A stretch of DNA of 51,052 nt from a virus (taxonomy: Duplodnaviria > Caudoviricetes), in the IMG/VR virus record IMGVR_UViG_3300024520_000105, positions 1 to 51,052 of that record; one strand, given 5' to 3'. The notes under the pieces were generated by a model that was not told where the DNA came from, made no database searches, and worked only from the letters and a program-made list of their open reading frames with translations. Shown piece after piece: positions 34,396 to 41,684 of this stretch. The position numbers and the translations under genes are program-made. How positions within the stretch are numbered: the stretch's first letter is position 1; every line of letters starts with the position of its first letter.

Positions 34396-35699
34396 ACCAA
34401 CTCCCTCACTCAAACGAGCTAGAGCAATCCCTGCTAGGGGTCATACTCCTAGATGGTGACAAGTGCTATGACCTAGCCATCAACCTAGACATAAGCATAG
34501 GCTCATTCTACCTATCGCCCCACCAAAGTATATTCAGGGCGATGCAATCCCTAAACGCTAAAGGCAAAGGTATAGACCTACGGACAGTAGCCAATGAGCT
34601 AGGGGTGCAGTTAGAGCATGTGGGGGGGGATAGCTATTTGGAGCTTTGTCTGGATACTGGGGTTACAGCGGCCCATACAGAGCATTACGCCTCTGAGGTA
34701 CGCAACTATGAGATTAGACGGCAGGCTATTGTGGTCGCTTACGATGTGATACAGCAGGCTGAGCGGGGGGGCGATGCTGAAACCATTAGGGCTGGGGCTG
34801 AGTTCAAGTTCTCAGAGATAAAGTCTATGCGCTCAGAGGAGCTAACCCCAGCAGAGATACTAGACGAGCAGATTGAGCTATGGAAGAAAGCCCAGACAAC
34901 CAAGTGCGTGGGCCTGTCTACTGGCTTTGACTTCCTAGACACCTACCTTGGCGGGCTGCTAGAGTGTTCCCATATCATTATCGCTGGTGAGCCTGGCATG
35001 GGCAAGACAACCTTGGCCCGCAACATAGCCGAGAACATAGCTGGTGACCAAGGCATACCTGTAGCCTTTGAGAGCTTAGAGCAGACTTATGCACAAATCT
35101 GGGGTGCTATAGCAGCGAGGAGGGCCAAGACCTCCCTATTCTGGTTCAATAGCGGGTCTAGCAAGGCTGACTTTGAGGCCATGGCTAGGGCTAAGGCCGA
35201 AGTGCAGGATTGGCCCATACACGTACAGGACCGCCCCCACACAATAGAGCAATGCCGTAGCTGGACAAAGAACATGGTAGAGCAACGCGGGTGTAAGGTC
35301 GTAATCATAGACTATATCCAACGCTTAGGAATGAAGGGCAAGATGTCTCAGGAAGAGCGTATAAGCCGTGTGTCCATGAATGTGACCAGCATGGCTAAAG
35401 ACTTTAGAGTGCCTGTAATCTCGTTGGCTAGTCTGTCTAGGGAGGGCAATCTTAGGGGCAGCGGGCAGCTGGATTTTGACGCCTGGGCGATACTCAAGCT
35501 CACCAAGGCAGAGTCGTGGACGCCAGAGAACCAGATAGTCAACGTGGCGTTCTTGAAGCAAAGGTTTGGCCCACAGTGTAGGCCGATAGAGCTTAAGCTT
35601 TTAGGGGGCGAGAGTCGCTTCGATGAATTTTGGCAACTAGACCAAACAAACAAGGGGGGCACATGCCAGCAGAAGATGCAATTAAAACCGAAGTCATAG
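34392..35699 (+). CDS. dnaB: Replicative DNA helicase
   Basis: PHSNELEQSLLG N-domain; GEPGMGKT; IIDYIQ; LRGSGQL; KQRFG. Confidence 0.9.
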   Translation: MNQLPHSNELEQSLLGVILLDGDKCYDLAINLDISIGSFYLSPHQSIFRAMQSLNAKGKGIDLRTVANELGVQLEHVGGDSYLELCLDTGVTAAHTEHYASEVRNYEIRRQAIVVAYDVIQQAERGGDAETIRAGAEFKFSEIKSMRSEELTPAEILDEQIELWKKAQTTKCVGLSTGFDFLDTYLGGLLECSHIIIAGEPGMGKTTLARNIAENIAGDQGIPVAFESLEQTYAQIWGAIAARRAKTSLFWFNSGSSKADFEAMARAKAEVQDWPIHVQDRPHTIEQCRSWTKNMVEQRGCKVVIIDYIQRLGMKGKMSQEERISRVSMNVTSMAKDFRVPVISLASLSREGNLRGSGQLDFDAWAILKLTKAESWTPENQIVNVAFLKQRFGPQCRPIELKLLGGESRFDEFWQLDQTNKGGTCQQKMQLKPKS

Positions 35700-36286
35700 C
35701 AGCACTCAACAAGGAGCGCATAACAGAGCTAGAGTCTAGGCATACATATGGTAGGGCAATCATGGCGTTACAGGCAATGAATGGTGATGTGAAGGCTCAG
35801 GATGGCCGACCCACCTTTGTCCCTGCTATTGAGCTGGTGGCCGGATGGGCCAAGGATGCCAACGTCACCATCAGCGGGTATACCTTGAAGCATTGCCTAT
35901 ACATTGCCCAGCGTCTAAGCAAGGGCCAGGTGGATACACTGGCTAAGAAGGGCATGACATTCTATCAGGTGTTTGGGATGGTATCGGAGTTTAAGGGTAA
36001 TGTTGAGAGAATCCGCAATTATGTGGGTGAGGTCAGGACTGGTAAGGCTACAGACTTCGCTAAGTTCTATAGGGGCAGAGGCAACTCTACGGTAATCAAG
36101 ACATTGCCCCGCTCAAAGAATGGTGACGAAACCACATCAAGCCGTATAGACGTAGACCTATATGACAAGCATGGCAACTTTGACACAGACAAGCTAGAGA
36201 TGCTGGTAGCGTGTTTATGGTCTACGCACCCAGCCCTCATGGAGCAGGCCAATAAGCAGGCAATGAAACGGTTAAGGGTAGCATGA
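35663..36286 (+). CDS. Hypothetical protein
   Basis: ORF track; ATG 35663. Confidence 0.65.
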   Translation: MPAEDAIKTEVIAALNKERITELESRHTYGRAIMALQAMNGDVKAQDGRPTFVPAIELVAGWAKDANVTISGYTLKHCLYIAQRLSKGQVDTLAKKGMTFYQVFGMVSEFKGNVERIRNYVGEVRTGKATDFAKFYRGRGNSTVIKTLPRSKNGDETTSSRIDVDLYDKHGNFDTDKLEMLVACLWSTHPALMEQANKQAMKRLRVA

Positions 36287-36443
36287 TAGACATAGACGCC
36301 ATGATAGCCGAGCAGGAAGCTGTGATAGACGACTTGTTCAAGGCATCGCCCATAGACATAATGGCATTGTGTGCTGCGTGTCATAGATTAGGGTGGTGGA
36401 AGGCTGTGGGCGATGGGCGGGACATTGTGATGGGGTTGAGGTA

Positions 36444-36596
36444 ATGGAAGCTTATCTGCTATACACGGTAGCGGCCTTGCAGTGGGGGTATGCTGTATTC
36501 TCTTATTTGGCGGGCAATCCATTCAAGGGGATACTCATGTTTCTCTATGGCGTAACGAACATAATCATAGCAATAATGCCCGAAGGAGCAAAATGA
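36444..36596 (+). CDS. 50 aa two-TM membrane protein
   Basis: Hydrophobic; GAGG RBS. Confidence 0.55.
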   Translation: MEAYLLYTVAALQWGYAVFSYLAGNPFKGILMFLYGVTNIIIAIMPEGAK

Positions 36597-37279
36597 AACC
36601 AGCCAAGCTAAAGTATCGAATCGCCCCAGAAGAAGTAAGCTCAGCCACATTCGACCTACAGGAATACAATGTCAGCGTAGTGTCTAGAGAGATATACCTG
36701 CATGGCTATAGGGACCTAGAGGTTGAGGAAGAACCTGGCATGGAGTATCGCATGGCCACCAAGTTCATAAAGAACCTGAACCTGCTAAACAACCAAGGCA
36801 GAGAGCCTATACTGGTCCACCAGCATACAGTAGGTGGCAACTGGAATGACGGTATGGCTATCTATGACGCTATCGTAGCATCCATATCGCCCGTAGTAAT
36901 ATTGGCCTATGCCCATGCAAGGTCTATGTCTAGCATTACGTTTCAGGGGGCGAGCTTAAGGGTAATGATGCCCAACGCAGACTTTATGGTGCATCAGGGT
37001 ACTGTATATGTAGAGGATACGGTGTTGGGCGCACAGACGCATATGGCCACCTGTAGAGAGAACGACGAGACTATGTTGGATATATACTCGTCTAAGTGTA
37101 AGGGCAGCCAGAAGTTCCACAACACCAGCAAGGGCGAGATTTGTAAGTACATTAGGCGTAAGATGGAGGAGAAACAGGAGTGGTATCTGACGGCCCAAGA
37201 GGCGGTGAAGTATGGCTTTGCCGATGGCGTATTGGGCGATAAGGGGTTGAAGAACATAGATGCATTGAGGAGAGCATAA
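36593..37279 (+). CDS. clpP: ClpP-like serine protease
   Basis: TVGGNW..GMAIYDAI, ARSMS (Ser), FMVHQG (His), YLTAQEAVKYGFAD. Confidence 0.85.
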   Translation: MKPAKLKYRIAPEEVSSATFDLQEYNVSVVSREIYLHGYRDLEVEEEPGMEYRMATKFIKNLNLLNNQGREPILVHQHTVGGNWNDGMAIYDAIVASISPVVILAYAHARSMSSITFQGASLRVMMPNADFMVHQGTVYVEDTVLGAQTHMATCRENDETMLDIYSSKCKGSQKFHNTSKGEICKYIRRKMEEKQEWYLTAQEAVKYGFADGVLGDKGLKNIDALRRA

Positions 37280-37280
37280 T

Positions 37281-37688
37281 ATGAGCATGGGTACAAAAGA
37301 ATACATGGAGTTCCACGAAGAGATATGCAACGCAGCTAGGGAACTCTCACGTAACAAGAACAACGATTATGCCGACCCAGAGTCTAGGGGCCAAGACCCT
37401 ATGCGTGTGTTTGGCAACTTCATGCAGGTACAGCACCTGAACGTATGCCAAGTAGAGACAGGGTTCTTGGTCAGATTGAGCGATAAGTTCTCTAGGCTAT
37501 GCAACCTGCTCAGGGAAGGCCATGAGCATACTGTCAAGGAAGAGACGGTAGAGGATACGATACAGGACATTATCAACTATGTGATTCTGTTGGCGGCATA
37601 TAGGAAGGCTGTGAGCGATGAGGCCGCCTTCCTTGAGGGTTGCTTGCCCCCCAAGCAGGATGCACTAGGAGAAATGGAGTACAGATGA
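37281..37688 (+). CDS. Nucleotide modification associated domain 1 (DUF1599, MazG-like)
   Basis: KNNDYA...RLSDKFSRL...ETVEDTIQDIINY. Confidence 0.8.
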   Translation: MSMGTKEYMEFHEEICNAARELSRNKNNDYADPESRGQDPMRVFGNFMQVQHLNVCQVETGFLVRLSDKFSRLCNLLREGHEHTVKEETVEDTIQDIINYVILLAAYRKAVSDEAAFLEGCLPPKQDALGEMEYR

Positions 37689-38047
37689 AAAAGATAGTTC
37701 TTGATTTCGATGGCCCCATAAACAACTACAAGGGCTGGCGCAATGAGGGCTTCGACACAATCCTTGATGAGCCTGTTGGCTGTGTATGGAAGGCCATTGA
37801 GGTCTTACGAGCCAGAGGCTATGAGGTCTGCATTCATTCTACAAGGTGTGCATATCCTGGCGGTATGACTGCTATATACCAATACCTCAAGAAGTATGAG
37901 ATTCCAATAGACGTGGTGTCGCTCAATAAGCCCCCTGCTGACGCCTATATAGACGATAAGGGCGTATGGTACGATGGGGATTGGGGTGCTACGCTAGAGA
38001 GGCTAGAGGTAATGATGAAGGCAGATACAACAGAGAGGGCGATATGA
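37685..38047 (+). CDS. HAD-family phosphatase
   Basis: LDFDG; HSTR; KPPADAYIDD. Confidence 0.8.
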   Translation: MKKIVLDFDGPINNYKGWRNEGFDTILDEPVGCVWKAIEVLRARGYEVCIHSTRCAYPGGMTAIYQYLKKYEIPIDVVSLNKPPADAYIDDKGVWYDGDWGATLERLEVMMKADTTERAI

Positions 38048-38217
38048 TTCTCAACACACAAGACCTATACGATAAAGGCATTATCAAGGACAATCCTAGC
38101 TGGTTGCCCAAGATGTTTGAATGCGTAACCTGCAACCCCAAGCAAATGTACTATGTCACAGACGAGAGACAGCTTGAGACAGAGCAATGTCTGGGCTGCA
38201 TGAAGGAGGGTCACTGA
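38044..38217 (+). CDS. Small Zn-binding protein
   Basis: CVTC...CLGC. Confidence 0.45.
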   Translation: MILNTQDLYDKGIIKDNPSWLPKMFECVTCNPKQMYYVTDERQLETEQCLGCMKEGH

Positions 38218-38477
38218 TGGCATTTGAGAAGGGACATAAAGCCTACACAAACAAGGCGTCTGCCAAAACACGACCTGAGCATACTATTAGAGCCAAAGAC
38301 GGCACACTTTTAGTGTGTAAATTGACCCGAAAAAGCGCGATACTGGCGTTCTGTGCCGAGTGCCTTGGGTGGGAAGACCATCCTAGCACCTGTACGGCAC
38401 CTCTATGCCCCCTTTACCCGTTCAGGGGCAAGACGTTACGCACACAGAAGGGGAACACAAACAAGGAGTATACATGA
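38217..38477 (+). CDS. Conserved Cys-motif phage protein
   Basis: AILAFCAECLG...CTAPLCPLYPFR. Confidence 0.65.
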   Translation: MAFEKGHKAYTNKASAKTRPEHTIRAKDGTLLVCKLTRKSAILAFCAECLGWEDHPSTCTAPLCPLYPFRGKTLRTQKGNTNKEYT

Positions 38478-39280
38478 AACAACGAGGCATAATACTATCA
38501 GACCTACATTGTGGGCACCTTGTTGGGCTTACACCCCCAGCATGGCAAATCAAAGAACCCAAGCATTCTCGCACCAAAAGGGCCAAGTGGGCTGTCCTAG
38601 AGAAAGCACTATGGGGCGAATACAAGAAAATCCTAAAGAAGTTTGAGCCATACGACTTCTGCCTGACCATGGGTGACTTGGTAGATGGGGCTGGTTGGCG
38701 GTCTGGTGGTTCTGAACTGATAACCACATCCCAAGAGGAGCAGTGCGATATGGCTGTAGCCTGCTTGGACCAGGTGCGCTTACACGCCAATAAGGGCTTC
38801 AGGATGCGTGGCGTATACGGGACAGGCTACCATACAGGCACAGATGACGACTGGGAGAACAGTGTAGCAGATAAGGCTGGCTTTAAGTCTATAGGCTCAC
38901 ACGACCAGTTTGACATCAATGGCTGCGTTATAGACATTAAGCATGACTGTGGCGCATCGTCTATACCCCATGGCAGACATACTGCAGGGGCTAAAGAACA
39001 TTACTGGAATGTCATGTATGCTGACGAGCAACTAGCCGCTAGGGCTGACCTTATCATTAGGGGCCATGTCCATTATTATGCGTTTGAGGGTGGGCCAGAC
39101 TGGGCTGCCATGACAATGCCAGCGTTACAGGGTATGGGTACTAAGTTTGGTGCTCGTAAGTGTAGCGGGGTTGTTCATTGGGGGGCGGTTATCCTTGATG
39201 TAGACAGTAAGGGCGGCTTTGACTGGCATGCTGAGATAGTCAAAATCCCCCAACAGAAAATGTCACTATCAAAACTATAG
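38474..39280 (+). CDS. Metallophosphoesterase
   Basis: SDLHCG, GDLVDG, GTGYH and RGHVH motifs. Confidence 0.85.
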   Translation: MKQRGIILSDLHCGHLVGLTPPAWQIKEPKHSRTKRAKWAVLEKALWGEYKKILKKFEPYDFCLTMGDLVDGAGWRSGGSELITTSQEEQCDMAVACLDQVRLHANKGFRMRGVYGTGYHTGTDDDWENSVADKAGFKSIGSHDQFDINGCVIDIKHDCGASSIPHGRHTAGAKEHYWNVMYADEQLAARADLIIRGHVHYYAFEGGPDWAAMTMPALQGMGTKFGARKCSGVVHWGAVILDVDSKGGFDWHAEIVKIPQQKMSLSKL

Positions 39281-39288
39281 GAGGTATT

Positions 39289-39513
39289 ATGCCAACAACA
39301 AGCACAAAGACACTGCCCAAAGCCATGCAAAACCTGATAAACGAGCTGCCCCAGTCACGCCAAGACAAGTGGGTAGGTGAGCCTGCCGAGTTCCTGCGTG
39401 AATGTGGTAAGCAAAAGAAGTCTGCTACGAGTGTCCACAAGATATTCGTTAAGCACTACTTCCCTGCCAACGCATCAACCATAGCAAGGAAGATGAAGGA
39501 GCTATCGGCCTAA
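39289..39513 (+). CDS. Small HTH-like protein; last gene of the plus arm
   Basis: GGAGG RBS; NASTIARKM. Confidence 0.55.
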   Translation: MPTTSTKTLPKAMQNLINELPQSRQDKWVGEPAEFLRECGKQKKSATSVHKIFVKHYFPANASTIARKMKELSA

Positions 39514-39986
39514 ACCACCACATCTGGGGCGTGTCCAGCCTTCCATGGTCCGCCCCCACATAGACGCACTAGCCTATATATCAGACCAACCTTAATCCGC
39601 CCACCACCCTCAACCTTAATCATCCTACGCAGACATAGCTTATCTACGTCCTTCCTACTCATATCATGGAACACATAGGTATGCCCATGTGGCCCCTTCT
39701 TATACAGCCCATGGTGATGATAGCCACTATCATGGAAGATATAGCTTAGCAGGAACTCGTCTTTAGGCAGGAACAGTTGCAGACTAGCAGGTGTAGAACC
39801 CATGTCTGTTTCGGCTAAGTGTTGGTCTGGGCGATACCTTGTCCCATCAGGCATCTCAAAGGTCAATGGCGCATTCTTCTTTAGGCGGAACTCATATATG
39901 GCTTTAGGGAAGATACCTAGACGCTTGACGTTCTTCACCTTGTCCAAGGCGTACCCCCTAGGATTGATGAATGCGCCCAACATCAC
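39510..39986 (-). CDS. DUF1353-like protein
   Basis: ETDMGSTP...IFHDSGY...SRKDVD...IYRLVRLCG. Confidence 0.75.
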   Translation of the reverse strand: MMLGAFINPRGYALDKVKNVKRLGIFPKAIYEFRLKKNAPLTFEMPDGTRYRPDQHLAETDMGSTPASLQLFLPKDEFLLSYIFHDSGYHHHGLYKKGPHGHTYVFHDMSRKDVDKLCLRRMIKVEGGGRIKVGLIYRLVRLCGGGPWKAGHAPDVVV

Positions 39987-40381
39987 TCTTCCACCTCTGC
40001 CACATCCATTGTATGGCTTACACCGACAGTCCTAAGCTTGGCCATCTCATATCTAAGGAACACAAAGCCCCCCACCACGCCTAAAAGGATAAGGGCTAAT
40101 ACCACTATCTTTACAGCGTCCATACCTCTAGCACTGATTACGGGCTTACCTGTTATGGGGTTGTTGATGACTAGGCCATTGACTGTGGGTTGTGGGGCGG
40201 GGGTTTCCAGTACATCTAGGCGTTGCTCAACCTCTGTCCTGACAGCACAGCCGTTAGCCTTTAGCTCGTTTAGGTCCACGCTCAGCCCATCGACCTTGGC
40301 GTGAATCACCTGACGCTCATCCTTGGCACTCTCGGCATATGCCAATAGCTTGCCTATATCCTTGTCTGTCCCGTTGGTCAT
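39983..40381 (-). CDS. Coiled-coil plus C-terminal TM protein (holin/lysis-region candidate)
   Basis: IVVLALILLGVVGGFVFL. Confidence 0.6.
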   Translation of the reverse strand: MTNGTDKDIGKLLAYAESAKDERQVIHAKVDGLSVDLNELKANGCAVRTEVEQRLDVLETPAPQPTVNGLVINNPITGKPVISARGMDAVKIVVLALILLGVVGGFVFLRYEMAKLRTVGVSHTMDVAEVEE

Positions 40382-40405
40382 CCCTTTACTCCCTTACCTT
40401 CCCCT

Positions 40406-40477
40406 TTACCACATAAACCATAACAATAGGGCTGTAGCCAATGCCATCATTAACCCTACGATTATAGACCATTTCAT
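40406..40477 (-). CDS. 23 aa hydrophobic peptide
   Basis: MKWSIIVGLMMALATALLLWFMW; TAATG coupling. Confidence 0.4.
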   Translation of the reverse strand: MKWSIIVGLMMALATALLLWFMW

Positions 40478-40893
40478 TATTCATCCGATGGGTTCAAGTT
40501 CTTTGTATATGCCCAACCCTTGCTCGCCAGCGTATTAGTCACATCAAAAGTGCCCGCAAACATTACGCCAGGGTTATCGTCTGTCCATGCCTTGAACTTA
40601 GCTATCTCTGCTGCGTCTAGGCTGCTCTTGGCCTGCTGGAAGGATACGACATATATACGACCTGTAACATTGGTATCGCTTATCTTATGGGTGGGCATCC
40701 AGCCTTGGTCTACCTTGTTACGGTTGGGGCGAGTGTCGTCTTTATCCCAGATAGCCAGTTGGATCTTTTGAAGCTTGTTGCTGTTGGCCGCATAGAAGGA
40801 GTCTCTGCAACCCAGAACGAACAGCTTGATACTGTGGTCGCCAGCCATGCAGGGCAGCGCAATCAAAGCGAAGAGTAATAGTATCTTCTTCAT
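40477..40893 (-). CDS. Signal-peptide protein downstream of the LamG gene
   Basis: MKKILLLFALIALPCMA-G. Confidence 0.75.
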   Translation of the reverse strand: MKKILLLFALIALPCMAGDHSIKLFVLGCRDSFYAANSNKLQKIQLAIWDKDDTRPNRNKVDQGWMPTHKISDTNVTGRIYVVSFQQAKSSLDAAEIAKFKAWTDDNPGVMFAGTFDVTNTLASKGWAYTKNLNPSDE

Positions 40894-41684
40894 TTCCGCC
40901 CCATCTGCCACAACTGAAATATTTGGTTAGAGGTGTATGCCGTATCGCAGTCCACGATGATGTCGTCCATATTGCCGCTGAAGTGTGCGCCGGGAGAGTC
41001 CTGATTATATGCTCCGATCATAATGTCAGAGCTGCTATTGAAGAGAGGGTTCTGTACCCCATCGTCCCTGTCAAGCCCCTGCTGTATGCCATTACGGTAT
41101 ATCTTAATCACCTGTGCGGACGATGCGTCCCACGTGATGCCTATGTGTTGCCATCCTGTAGCAATAACCCCTTGAGCAGTCCATGAGTTGCTGTTCGCGC
41201 TCCCGCTATTGGAGAAGTTGAACCTCATCCTGCCGCTGTCCCATTGGTAACAGGTCCACGAGTTCTGACTGCCACCGCCGCCGCGCTTATTGATATACGC
41301 TTCCTCCGTGTTGGCATTGTCAGGGTCCACCCACAGCGCAACCGTGAGCTTGTTGCCAGCGTCGAGGCCGCTGTTGTCAGAAATGAATCCAGTATCGCCT
41401 CCATCAAGGCTGATATACTTATTCGTCCCTTCGTCAACAGTCGTCCACGCCCCGGCCCCGTCTGATTTGTTGACGTTGTTCGTATCGCTGCCACTGTCAA
41501 CCTCTGCGTCGTTGAGCGTCTGATTAAAACTGAGCATTACAACGGTCCCTGTGTACGCATTGGAAGGCACCTTCAAATAGTCAAAGGTGTTTGTGAATCC
41601 CGGCACCCTCCCGAACTTCCAATCACCACCGCAGGCTGTCGAGGCCACAAGCAGCAATAGAACTATGAGTTTATTTGAAGTCAA
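40890..41684 (-). CDS. LamG/concanavalin-like domain protein with signal peptide (possible receptor binding)
   Basis: LTVALWV, WQHIGITWD, KIYRNG, IMIGA, FSGNMDD; KLIVLLLLVASTACG. Confidence 0.85.
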   Translation of the reverse strand: MTSNKLIVLLLLVASTACGGDWKFGRVPGFTNTFDYLKVPSNAYTGTVVMLSFNQTLNDAEVDSGSDTNNVNKSDGAGAWTTVDEGTNKYISLDGGDTGFISDNSGLDAGNKLTVALWVDPDNANTEEAYINKRGGGGSQNSWTCYQWDSGRMRFNFSNSGSANSNSWTAQGVIATGWQHIGITWDASSAQVIKIYRNGIQQGLDRDDGVQNPLFNSSSDIMIGAYNQDSPGAHFSGNMDDIIVDCDTAYTSNQIFQLWQMGRK

